Below, in pieces: positions 1-11,749 of a stretch of DNA of 64,000 nt. Location: NCBI GenBank assembly GCA_013239625.1, contig MU053934.1, forward strand, positions 5,102,399 to 5,166,398, written 5' to 3'. Both the position numbers and the translations under genes were made by a program. The DNA comes from Lama guanicoe. Lineage: Eukaryota. The notes below the pieces were generated by a model, which saw nothing but the letters and a program-made list of their open reading frames with translations, ran no database searches and was not told the DNA's origin. The first letter of the stretch is position 1. Each line of letters opens with the position of its first letter.

Positions 1-1779
1 CTGTCTTTCTGCCTCACTGTCGTATCCACAGTATCTGCTCCATAATGATTTGTTAAATGATTGGACACTTGACAGCCATTTGATACAGCGAATCAGACAG
101 GTTAATCGATGTAGGTCATGTCAGATGCTCTGGAATTGATCGTGACCCTTTCAGTCTTGTTCCTGGCTTCTGAGATGTGCAAAGGCAGGACAGGATTCTA
201 CTCTCTTCTATTTAATGTTTTAAGGACTGCGTTTATCAAAAGTCCTTCCTAATCAAATCCTTTCTTCTGAGAGGGCTTCTTTCACATGTATCCTTAGTGG
301 ACTGTCTCATTTCCCATTTGCCCCAGGCTGGGCAGGCCCAGGTCTCCAGGCCTCTCTGGCTTCTCAGGGATGACCCTGTCTACATGCTTCTTTTAAAGCC
401 TAACACAAAAGCAGGGGGCAGGAGATGGGCCTTGAGGTGAGGAAATGTATCCAAAGTCATCCAACAAGGCATAGGAAGGGCTAGAACCTGGTTATCCGGA
501 CCCTCCTAGAACACTCATGGCATCAGGTAGTCTCTCCAAGTGACAGCCATATGGAGACAAGTTTTCATCAGAAAAGTGGCTAGAAGTTAGGCATTGTCTG
601 CAGCCACTAAAAAGCAGCTCCAGGAACAGATGTCCACATCGCAGGAGACTAGCTAGGACCTGGTACGGAAGCCAGCAAGTGTGCAGGGAGCCTGGAGGAG
701 GAAGGGAGGAAAGCAAGAACAGGCAGCGTGCCCGCAGAATCCACGGTCCTCAGGGCTCCAGCAAGGAAAAGGCTCACCCACCCTGTGCTAAGAACCAAGA
801 ACCGTGCCTGGTGGGTCTCACTTCCTGAGTGCAGCTTGGACTCCCAGGTTAGTCTCCTGGAGGGTCTTGGAAGGTGGGAGATGGAACAGAGAAAGGCACT
901 TCACTGCAGTACTTGGAAGGCTTTATTGATTTGTTTATTCAATCAATATTTACTGTGCTGTAGGCATAGTAATGAACAGTGAGCGAGGAAGGCCCTCACG
1001 GATTTAGGGCAGCGTCGGGGCATCCTGCTTGCTGCAGTCCGAGCTGAGGCTTAGGGGAGAGAGAGGACAGTCTGCAGAACGAGCAGGCTCATGATGAATT
1101 CCCCACTCCGCCTCATATTAACTGAGTGACCCAGCAAACTGCTCCACATCCAGCAAAGTAAAATGGGGGTAATCTTGGTACTGCTCTCCAGAAGCCGAAG
1201 GGAGTGAGGCCTTCAGCACAGTGGCTGACATGGAGGAGGGGCCCTGTAACCCGCAGGGCCTCTGGCAGCGTTACACTGGGGTTCATCACTTCCCTCCTGG
1301 GACATTCTCTCCTGGATTCTGTCCCCTGCGCCCTCCCTGAATAATTACCCCTATCACATTGAGTAGCTGGCACTCAGAGCTAAATGCTCAGCCACCTAGA
1401 AGAAGTTTCAAGGCACAGGTTTTGAGGAAAGAGAAAACAATAACAGGCGGGGAAAAGTTCCCTATGCTGCTTGGGAGCAGCTCTGCTCAGCAGGGCCCGA
1501 GTCCCCTGGTGCGTGCCCACATCCACCCTCACTCCCGCTCCACCTCAGCTCTGTGGGTTTGCTCCTTGTGACCACAGACGAGGGCCACTGTCTTACCTAC
1601 TTGTGCAGAAGTCCCACAACTTTTCTTGATTGATAGTTCTGGGTAAAACAATTTTCCTTTGTCTGGAGATTCCTTCATATATAACACAAATTAAACCCAA
1701 ATCAATGAAACAGCATGTCAGAAAAGCTTGCCGACCTGTGCCAAGCCACCGGTCTTCCGGAGCCAGTCCTGAACCCTCC

Positions 1780-1975
1780 GTGTGGCTCCAGACCCTGCCC
1801 GGCTTTCTTCCAGCCTTTCACGCTCACTCGCGGGCCGGGACTTGGGCCGGCGTCTTCCCGGCAGCCCCGGAGGGGCGGTGAGTCCTCCAGCAGCGCGCGG
1901 GGCTGAGAGCACGGCGGGGAGAGGCTGCCACCTTGCGGCCGCTCGCAGCGCCTCTCTTTCCTCCTCAGGGTAAGC
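1780..1975. promoter_or_regulatory. Small CpG-rich patch with CTCF-like motif (candidate distal regulatory element)
   Basis: Local CpG cluster in a CpG-poor background. CTGCCACCTTGCGG at 1925-1938 reads CCGCAAGGTGGCAG on the minus strand, close to the CTCF consensus CCGCGNGGNGGCAG. GC box GGGCGG at 1873-1878. Confidence 0.45.
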
Positions 1976-1991
1976 GTGAGAAGGCAGAGGC

Positions 1992-2301
1992 CAGGGGTCG
2001 GCAAACTTTCACAAATGGCCAGATCATAAGTATTCTAGGCTTTGGGGACATGCGGTGTCTGTCGCGACCGCTGCTGCTGCAGCACTACAGCAATCTACAG
2101 GCAGTATGTGAGCGAGTGGGCGTGGCTGTTCCAATGAAACTTTATGGACACTGAAATTTGAATTTCATATCATTTTCCTATGTCACAAAATGTTACCTTT
2201 TAATTTTCCCACCTATTAAAAAGTGTAAAAATTATTTTTAGCTCATGGGCCGTGCAGAAACACAGTGGCTGGATTGGCCTGCAAGCCTTTGTCGACCCTT
2301 A
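1992..2301 (+). mobile_element. MER58B-like hAT-Charlie non-autonomous DNA transposon
   Basis: Terminal inverted repeats CAGGGGTCGGCAAAC ... TTTGTCGACCCTTA; internal MER58 hallmark GGGCGTGGCTGTTCCAATGAAACTTTATGGACACTGAAATTTGAATTTCATAT. Confidence 0.8.
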
Positions 2302-2814
2302 GCCCGGGACATTTTCTTCCAGGCTCCTAGCACTGACTTCCAACTGTCACACCTGTGATCCTTCCTTACTTTGCCATTGCCATTATTAATCACCTCTGTC
2401 CTTGAGAAAGTCTTGAAATGAATAGAGAATTTATTCTCCTGCAATATTTTATTGTATAGAGGCACACTGTCATCAACAAAAGAAGCCAAAAGATTGTATA
2501 TAAATGTCTGATACTGTGTACCAACCCCGGTTATTCTTCTAAAGCGAAGTATTCATGTACTTAAACCATATTCTATTTAATTGTGTTTGATTTAAAAAAT
2601 ATATATGAATCATATATCTAATATATATATGTATATAATATATAAAAAACAGATTGCTGCCACTGAGCCCTCTTCCTAATGGAAATTCTGAAGTTGTTGG
2701 TTTTCACTCATTTAAGTTTACATAAGTGTCCTTAAGTTTATATAAGGTGCCCAGCCCTGTGCTGAGGGCCATAAAAGAGCCTAGAGTTTTAACCAGCATG
2801 TGTTTAATATTTAC

Positions 2815-3135
2815 TTTTATTCATTTTTTAGTTCAAGCAAACTTGCTGAGAACTTACTGTACCCCAGGCACTGTAATAGACAGACCTGGTTTCTGCCCTC
2901 AAGGTGTTTATAACCTGGTTGAGAAGATGGACACAGGGAGGCAAGCATGATGATGGAGAAGCACGGAGGGGCGGGGCGCGGAAGCCCAAAGGAGGCACTT
3001 AGCTCAGCCTGGGGGTGGAGGTCAGGGAAGGCTTCCTGGAGGAGGACATGATCTCTGAGCTGACACCTGAAGAGTGAATGGGGGAGGGGAGAAGGAGACA
3101 AGGCATTCCAGGAAAAGGCCCAGGGCCTGGAAAGA
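2815..3135 (-). mobile_element. L2 LINE 3' fragment
   Basis: Typical antisense L2 text: ttcattt...caagcaaacttgctgagaacttactgt, then gtcagggaaggcttcctggaggagg...tctgagctga. Confidence 0.7.
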
Positions 3136-3651
3136 ACTCTTTTGAGAGAATTATAAGTATCAATGACAGTATCTGCCCTCAAGGCCTCCCAGTCTGGTGG
3201 GTGAGACAGGCTATCACAAGCTGTTGTAAGGCTGGGGAGAGAGATTAAAATTTTCTCTGTAGCCTCATGGTAAGCAGTGGCAGGTGAGGGCTCTGAAGGC
3301 TGTAGGCACCTCCCACAGCTGGGGAGGCTGGGTCCGACTCTACACAGGTCCTGAGAGATCTCCGGGGAGAGAGACGTGGGCCTGGCTTCTCTGCCCCCGA
3401 AGCCCCTGAGGGGAAAAAGGGCTTGAACTGAGCTTCAGGGAAGTGTAGACCTCGGGACAGGGGAGGGAGGAGGGGCATCCTAGGCAGCAGGGACTGCTCT
3501 GCAAACTCACTGAGGAAGGAATGGGCATGGCCCAGCTGCGAGGCCACCAGGAAGTCCTCCTGAGGGTCCCCGGGAGGGACCCATCCTTCCCTATGTCATT
3601 CGCACAACTCCAACCAACAGGTGTCATTTTTCTCAACACTTCCAATTAAGA

Positions 3652-3960
3652 ACTGTGATCTTTAATGGTTACTTAACCTCTCTGCCTTAGGTTCCTCATC
3701 TGTATCGACCTCATAAGGTTGTTCTGAGGATTGAATAAGATAATACCTATACAATCAGAACAGTGCCTGGCACCAAGACCAGCTTCATGGCATGAAGGCA
3801 CCTAGAAGGCGAAGCATTGAACTTTTGCTTTAATGTTCCGCTGTTGCTGTCCTAAAATTCTTAATAATTTTGGAACGAGGAGCCCCCATGCTTTCATTTT
3901 GCATGGCCAGTCCTGCCTGGCATAGTATGTACTTAACACACTTTCGGTTTTATTATTATC
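3652..3960 (+). mobile_element. MIR SINE interrupted by MER91A
   Basis: MIR core ttacttaacctctctg...ttcctcatctgta and 3' part gttgttctgaggattgaataagataat...cagtgcctggca, which resumes after 3915 as catagta...tattattat. Confidence 0.75.
3774..3915 (+). mobile_element. MER91A-like hAT-Tip100 MITE with 8-bp TSD
   Basis: Ends CAAGACCAGC ... GCCAGTCCTG; internal tgctgtcctaaaattcttaataattttggaac; flanked by CCTGGCAC (3766-3773) and CCTGGCAT (3916-3923). Confidence 0.75.
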
Positions 3961-4490
3961 TTAGAGTCTAGAATAACTAATCTGATTCAATATACTTATT
4001 TTAGAAATGAGGAAACTGAAGCTCAGATAGTTTACGTGACTCGCACAAGATCACACAGCAAATGATATGAAGGCTGGAGGGCTGAGAGCTGTGGTGAAGG
4101 CAGGACGGCGACCCAGCTCTGCACCCCCATGCCCACCCCACGTCTCCCAGAAGGCAACAGAAGGAGAGAAGAGAGACAGATTCCTTAGAAGGAGCTTAGA
4201 GAAAGAGGGGGAGATGAAAAAGAGCATGAACAGTTGTAGAAGTAGGAGGGGAGCTAGCTATTTTGAGGAACCAAGAGAAGCTTCTCAGCGTAAAACATAG
4301 TGGTGGAGCCATGGAAACCAGGACTGAGAAAGTTTCTTGGATCTAGGCCACGAAGAGGTCATAGATGAGCTTAGAGAAATGAGTTTCAGTAGAGAGTTAG
4401 GGTTAGAAGCCAGGTTTAAGGAACACGAGAGCAGGTGGCAGAGATGGCCACAGGGCATTATTTAAGAAGCTGAGAAAAGGAAATAGAGGG

Positions 4491-4530
4491 GGGAAGGGAA
4501 GGAAGGAAGGAAGGAAGGAAGGAGGGAAGA
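4491..4530. repeat. (GAAG)n microsatellite
   Basis: Tandem GGAA units seen directly. Confidence 0.9.
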
Positions 4531-7500
4531 AAGTAATTTTAAAAGGGGTGGGAGAGGAGCCACATCCCAACTGGGATGCAGAGGAAGGACCATCAGAGGC
4601 AGTACTTTAGCCAGGAAGAGGGGCACCTCTTTCCCAGAGTCTGCAGGGGATGAGCTGATAAAGGCTATGAGGGTGACTGCTCATTTAGGGGCTGGCCGTC
4701 ACCTCAGCAGCACTGTGGCACTTCCAAGGTAGACATCTCAGGGCAACACAGCAGCCTGGAAGGAGCTGACTCACTGGAGTCAGAGGGCCTGGGTCCAGCT
4801 GCACAGTCATTGACTGTGGTGAACTGGGGTAAGTTAGTCAGCCCTTCAGTCCCTCAGTTTCTCTACCTGGAAAATGGGCATAACCATGGTCATTGTGAAG
4901 ATTAACTGCTATGATTCACGTAAAGCCCTCAGTACCATGTCTGACACACAGCAAATGTTCACAAAAAGGGCAGCTGTTACTAACAGCACACCTGGTTCTC
5001 CAGGGACGCCCCGGGGCTCTAGCATGGGCCAGCACATGGGAGGGGCTGGCAGTTCCTAGTGCTTCCCCAGGAACTTTTCAGGAAGTGTGGTCATAAGAAA
5101 TGAGAGGTGATTTCGAGGTGGCACAGCGTCTGTCACAAGGGCTTTGTTGCACAATAAATGCTACCAGACATGTAATAAATGCTGATGATCCTGCGCTCTG
5201 TAATCAACACCCTCTAGAAAGTACCCCTCCCCCTCAGCTCTTGGCCTTGGCTGTGGCCATACCTACTGCCCAAGTGAGCCATATCCACTGTCAGCGATCC
5301 CCTTGCCTTTTGGATTCGGTTTTTTTTATAGGGATCTTCCCATGATTACAAGTTTGAGAACTGGAGAATGCTTTACAAACACTTCCAAATGCCTCACAGC
5401 AATTCGAGGCCAGTGCAAAGGGTAGAGGGAGTTCTCCTGTGTCACAGAAATCAGAGCTGGAGCCAGTCCAGCTGGCTATGTCACCCTAGCCTCGTGGGTC
5501 ACTGCAGAATTGTTCGCAGAAGTTCCCATTGCATTGGATTTTGGCCAGGCCAACGCAATGTTTTCAGGGATCACAGAACAATCTCTCAGGGGAAAAAAGA
5601 GGAAGGTCTGTTGCTTGGAATGGCTTAGAGCACTTTTGGTAGCCATCCAAGGCAGCTGAAACTCTTTCAATCTGCCTTCCCCTCCAGCGAAAAGCCAACT
5701 GTATAGAACACCACATATAGAGCTCTAAGAATAGTATAACGCTCCAAGAACACACTGCACTTGGCCTGCGTGCAAGTGTGCGGGGCTTGGCGAGTCTTTT
5801 TACTCTCAAAGCTGGGTGGGCTGGAACAAACACAAAATATTTTCCCCAAGTAGCATGCAGAGGAGAAATGAGAAAGAGAGCCTAGGAGAGCACCCTAACA
5901 TCTTATCCTCTGACCCGGGCTGCCTTTTCAGGGCATTGACTCTAAAGCCTGTGAGCTGTAAGGCAGTGAGCACAGCAGAGCACCTCCTCCCCCCATTCAT
6001 TGACTCCACACTAGGCTGAGTGTCCTGTAACAGGTGGTAATCTGTCATTTGTTGCGACAGGAATTTGAAACCATCATCCTCCACAATAAATATTTGGTTG
6101 ATTTACTGGTTTCCTTCCCATAAGTATAGAAAGTGAGGACGGGTTCCATCTAAAGGTGCAGCTCTGAGCTATGAGAGCTCTTCAAGTACAGACAAGACCC
6201 TAAACCACACCCCACTGTAGGAAGAAATCCACGTGAGCGTCTATTCCTAAAAGAGTCTGCGAAGATACTCTCCCTAATGGCGATTGGCTCTAGTAAGTGG
6301 GATTTGGGAGATACTTTCTACTTTAAAACTTTCTGTATTGTTTGAAATGTTCACTCATGTTACTTGAATGATCGGAAGAACAGCAATCTTATTTGCAAAT
6401 TATTTTCCTGTTCTCAAGTGGGCAAACACTACAGGGTTCCTGGCTTCCTGCTTTCTCCTGGGGAGGGAAAGTACAACAGAGTGGAGGAGACAGACCCCTG
6501 AAGGCCCCCAAAGATTATAAGAACAGGCTTTGGCCACTCCCAGATATGCCTATCATGCTCTCTGGCCACAGAGAGCAGGCACTGCAGGTCACCACACATC
6601 TCCAGTCTCCTGCAGCTAATCACAGTTCATCCTTTAGTTCTCCTTGTAGATGTCACTTCTTCAGGTAAGCCATCTCTGTCCCGCCAAGACTGAGTCCCAT
6701 GTCCCTCCTATGTTCTTCCAAGCTGTCTGTGCCGTGATTACCTGTTTACTTGTTGGCCACCCACACTAAACCGTGGTCGCTGAAGGCAGAGGTGTTTTAG
6801 TCATCTATGCAGCCCTTGTACCTTAGGAAAGTGCTGACAAGCTCAATAAACATTTACTGAATAGTTGTTTATTGGAGGACCTTTTATAATCAGAGCAATT
6901 TAAGAGATACAAAGAAGCAAAAGAAACCATTTGTTTTCAAGGAACTTAAAACTGAGTTGGGGAGACAGATGTGTCCAGCAATTAACTAAAACCAAGCACT
7001 AGTTTAAGGGTTAAAATAGAGTTACAAACAACCAACTATGAAGATAAGGAAGGTTTTGGACCCTTGAGATTTCTCATTCGTTTTGTTTCCTAGTTCAGAA
7101 TCCCCATATTGGAATGCTGCTATGGGGTATGTGCACCTGGTTACAAGGATTCAGCTTCTTAGGATCTTTCACAGAATTTGATTCATGACTTTTCTTTTGT
7201 CTTTCTGCTGGCAGTTGCCCTAGGAGTACCTGCCATTTAGTCTTAATTGGTGTCTGTGAAATACTTGTCCTCCTCTGCTGAAAGGCTATAAGTGTTGAGC
7301 ATTATTACTGTTACAGTGGTTGCTTTATTATTAAAGCATTGCCAGTGAGGTTACACAACAGCTTGGATCAAGAGGCGAAACAAGGGTGGTGATCCCACTG
7401 AAGGTACAGGGGATGGGGATTTGGGATGGTAAAATGTTAATTATCTGAGATGAAATGCGGGCTAGAGTCCAGCACTGTGCTCCTAGAGATCATTTCAGTC

Positions 7501-8119
7501 CCAGAGGTTGGAGCTGGCTCTCTAGCAGTGGGCCCTAAACACCCTGTCCTCCCCTGGCTGGAATGTTGGATTCACTTCGCTGAAAGCTGCCACAGAGAAA
7601 GAATCCAATGGCCACAAGCCAGGAACACACGTTCTGCACAGCATCAGGGGCTACTCTGGAAGCTTTCCAAGTGCTGAAGGGCTGTTCTATTTGCATGCAG
7701 TAAATTATTTATTTCTAAAGCGATTTTTTTTTTTCTTTATCTCTCTTAAGACTTTTTCTCGTTTCCGGACCTTTGAGGGCTCTCTTCAAAAAGTGAGCTG
7801 GGGATGGATGGAGGAGGGTGATGGGGAGGCAGGCTTCAAACAGAAAGCTGGTAAAAGTGTCCATTTACTTATAAGGCTGAGAAAATGAACATAGAGGTAG
7901 ATGGGCTTCTGGTCAGGAAACATGACTGTTTACTTTAGAGTGGGTAGTTATGGGTGCTGGAGAGGAGGATGCGGTGGAGGCAGTGACAACCTATCCATAG
8001 CTTTAGTCCCCAACAATGTCACCTCCAAAACCGATGGAGGAACTAGGTTCTGAATGAAACGTTTTTGAGGTGTTGGGTTGGCTGATGGGTACAATTCTAG
8101 GCTAAGGGAGAGGCACTAA

Positions 8120-8350
8120 AGTACAGCAAGAAGAGCGAAGGCTGGAGTCAGACAGACCTGGGACCAAATGCCCGTCTATCAACTACTTTCTATTTAGGTG
8201 ACCTTGGGCAAATTTCCTAACCTCTCTGGGACCTTAATTCCCTATCTGTAAAATCCAGAGAATGTAAAACTCACGGGTTTAACCAGATAGTCCCTGTAAA
8301 GAGCTCTGCACAGGAGCTGGCACAAAGGAGGCTTGCAATGAAAGGTAGCC
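8120..8350 (+). mobile_element. MIR SINE
   Basis: ctggagtcagacagacctggg...gtgaccttgggcaaatttcctaacctctctgg...ctatctgtaaaat matches the MIR core. Confidence 0.75.
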
Positions 8351-8439
8351 GTTACTACCGTCAACTACAGGCCGAAAGACCAGATCCGACCCAAACTCCC
8401 TAGCAAACAATTAACCCTAGCACAGCGAATCCAGATCTA

Positions 8440-9040
8440 ACTGACGCGTCTATTTGCCCAATAAGGTACCAGGAAAGAACTCAGTGGAGACAAACCAATG
8501 GCATTAGCCCTTATTGTTGGACGAGCTTTCTTGCCGTTCCTCCAATAGTTTGAAGATTTGACTAGGGAGTGACATCCTGACAGCCCAATGACGCACAACC
8601 AGCCCACACTCAGCACTTCGGAGGGGATAAATCAAGGAGCTGGGACGTATAGATTCCGTTATTAGGCAGTACTGGATGGAGAGAGGAGCTTAGGGGAAAC
8701 AGCGCGAGAGCGAGGCACTAATGAGCTAAAAAAAGAAAAAAGATGATGGTTGCGCCAAACGAGCTCGGCCGCCATCATGCTCTAGTTTCCCCTTCGCCTC
8801 TCCCGGTCCGCGACCGAGGAAGCGGCCTCTGGGACGCTGAGGGGGTGTGTCCCCGAATGATTGGCGCAGGCAGCTCAGCCAATGCTAGTTCGTCAAACGG
8901 GACGCACTTAACCAATGAGGGGCGACGGCAGCGGCGAGGAATTGGAGGGGCGGAACAGCAGCTTGACGGCCACAAAAGCCAGCCAGTGAGAGCCGGCAGC
9001 ATCCTCCCCGCGGCCAATGGAGTGGGGCCCTGGGCGGGCC
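8440..9040. promoter_or_regulatory. TATA-less promoter with nine CCAAT boxes, GC boxes, E2F and CRE half-sites
   Basis: CCAAT at 8458, 8495, 8542, 8585, 8879, 8912, 9014; ATTGG at 8860, 8941; GGGCGG at 8948 and 9032; GCGCCAAA (reverse complement TTTGGCGC, E2F) at 8752-8759; TGACG at 8442 and 8589. Confidence 0.8.
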
Positions 9041-9900
9041 CCCGAGTGTTTGTGTTGTGGTTTTGGGGGAGGGAGGCGGAGGGGAAAGTTTGTTTATTTT
9101 GTTTTTAGTTTCTGGGGTCCCCGTGTTTCTCTGAGGTGAAGCGGGAGGGAGTGACCCCCCGGCGCCCCTCAGTCTCTCTACTACGTCGCCTCCATAGCCT
9201 GCGGAGAAGCGGGGACCGCGCGCATCGCAGCGCATCGCCTCTCAGCGGAACGCCGCGCACTCGGAGCCGGCACGGCTCGGCGGTGAGTGAGGACCGACGG
9301 CCACTGCCGCCCTTCCCCTCCCCCGCTCACCGCCCTGTGGGAGCTGGGCGGCGGGGTGGGCGAGGACGCCCGCGGGAGCGCGCGACGCGGGCCGGCCTGT
9401 CAAGCTGAGGCGCAGCGTGTGCGTGTCCTCGCGAGTGAGCGCGCGCGGCGGGGAGAGGGCCGGGAGGGGCGTGAGCGCGCGCGGGGCTGGCGGGGGCGGC
9501 GGCTTCGGGCGCGCGCTCCGTGGGGTTGGCGTCTGGTGGGTTTGACCCTGGGGCGAGGAGGGACGCGGGCGACGTCCGCGCGCGGGGAAGGGGGCGCCCC
9601 GACTGGCAGGGCCAAGGCGGGCCGGGCGGGCGCGCGCGGCTCCGGGCGTCACGCGCCGGCAGGTGTGAGCTGGGGGAGGGCTTCCGGGTGGGCTGGTCGA
9701 GTTCGCTTCCCGTCGCCGGGGGACCTCGGGGCAGGGAGGGGTCCTGTCGCGGCAGGGAGCCGAGGCCCGCGGAGGCGCGTCGGGGCCCCTGCCCGGCGGT
9801 GGCAGAGGGAGGCTCAGGCCTCGGAGCCTCCTGGTCCCCACCTGTGTGCAGGACCTGCCTGACGGAGTGAATGCGTTCCCCTGCTCAACCCAGGCCGGGA
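8700..9900. promoter_or_regulatory. CpG island at the 5' end of a + strand gene
   Basis: About 1.2 kb of very high GC and CpG density, in sharp contrast to the CpG-depleted remainder of the window. Confidence 0.93.
9045..9282 (+). other. Probable non-coding first exon (5' UTR) of an unidentified gene; start coordinate is an estimate
   Basis: Lies just downstream of the last CCAAT and GC box, contains no ATG, and ends at a consensus donor GCG|GTGAGT (9282/9283) followed by G-rich intron-like sequence. Confidence 0.65.
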
Positions 9901-11749
9901 GCTCCCCACCCCACGCCTCACCCCAGAGCCCTGCGTGTGTCGCCACCTTTTGAGATTCACTTTCCACGAGGAAAGGAGGGGCAAGGGGAATATCAGCGGA
10001 CGACTAGCCCAAAGTGTCTTCTGCCGTCCCCTGGACCTGCGCCCTTTGGTTTCAAACTAGCTGGTTTGCCACAGTGGGCTTAAATACACTGTAGTGGCTA
10101 AAGACACCCTATAAATCTCGCCTCTTGTCGGGCGCCTTAAGGACCATCAGTTCTTTGAGGATAGAGTCTTTTACAGGCTCCTTGCTTTCCGATGTATCTA
10201 TTTGGCTGTTTTATTACTTTTTAGCGTCTATGCTAGAGATTGAGCGAAGGATAAGGTGAATTTCAGTTTTGTTTTGTTTTTTTGTGAAACACTATAAGCA
10301 AAATTATACAACTAAATTGGCCAGAGATGTTTCTTCACAGTGAATAAAACGTCATTAATTGCTGCCATCCCCTCCCACCCCCTGGCAGCAGTTAGGCAAA
10401 CAGAAATGAGATGTATAGGAATCTTACATCTTACCATTTTGTCGAAGTGTAACAATAGAGACTTTCCTTCCTAGTTGTGGGGGATTTCAGTAGGATGATA
10501 GTTTACTGTTGCTTTGGAGGAGCATCTTGGCTTTGAAACTGTTTATTCTTTTGGTAGTGTTATGTAAATACCTCTTAAAAAGCAGAACTTTTAGCATGTT
10601 GGCACCTCTGCAGTGTGCAGTATCACTGTAGCTAGATAGTGGGGGAGATGTGAATGTCGTAGGTCCGTATAGTAAGGCAAGTATCCAGAACACAAACTGG
10701 CTTGTTCCACTTGGGACGCTTGGGTGGTAATAACGATACCTTTATAGTTTTTTAGTTCTTGACGATTTTTAAGTGCTTGTCGTAAACATCATTATTTGAG
10801 CAGAATAATTTCTGATAGGACTTAAGGAGAAGAAATTCCCTAGCTGATTTTATACGTAGCACATAAATATCATGCCCTTGGTATGGGAAGTAATTTTTTT
10901 CTCATTCAAATGGAAGCACTTAAAAATGTTTTAAATCAGAACAATACCATTTGTTCGAATGGTGGTAATAATGTTAGCTGACCTTTTTTATGTGCTTGGC
11001 ATATGCCAACCTATTTATATTTTTTACCTAATCCTTACCTCGGGCCTGTGGGGTAGGTATCATTATTATTTTATGAATTAGAAAAAGAGCCTCCAAGAGC
11101 CCCACAGCTAGGAAGTTCGAGGGTACAGGTTTAAAGTTTCTGGTTTCAAAGCCTGTGCTTGTTTCATTTTGTCCCCTAAATTATCCAGAGGAAGAAACAC
11201 AGAAAAGTAGAGAGGAATGGAAAAGGGAAATGCCACTGATGATTAGGTTGCCCATACCTAACTGAAGAATTTAATTAAACTCATTCTTAGTTTCTAGAAA
11301 TTAAAAACATTTTTACCATTGTTACATCTAAGCTTTGTTTTAATTTCCTCTCTATTTAATTTTCATGAAGATAAATCAAAATGCATTTAACCCAGAGGTC
11401 AAGGCTTTCAGAGCCCTTTGTGTGGATCTCCACTGCGGTACTTTGCTACTGTGATTAATCCAGGGACCAGGCGTTACTCACTTTTGTATCCAGCAGCGTG
11501 TTTGGCATATAGTAGGAGCACAGTAAATATCAGTTGACTAAGGAGCAGAATTAAAAATGTAATGACTTTGGGTTCGTTTTAGCAGTTTTAACGGGACAAA
11601 AAGAAAATGAATAGCTCATGTGCAAAAGGCATGATCTCAAGACTACTTAAATGGAGTAATTTATAGTCTTGGAAGTTTGGCTCTGCTAGTTAGCTAAATC
11701 TCCCAATTCTCCTTATTTGTTTGAGCTCCTGTGTGGTTCTGTTCTTCAT

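Noticed and set aside
8743..10083. Long overlapping ORFs (up to 241 aa) on both strands of the CpG island
   Set aside because: Low-complexity Arg/Pro/Gly/Ala translations are expected where stop codons are rare in GC-rich DNA. No recognisable domain, and several cross the splice donor.
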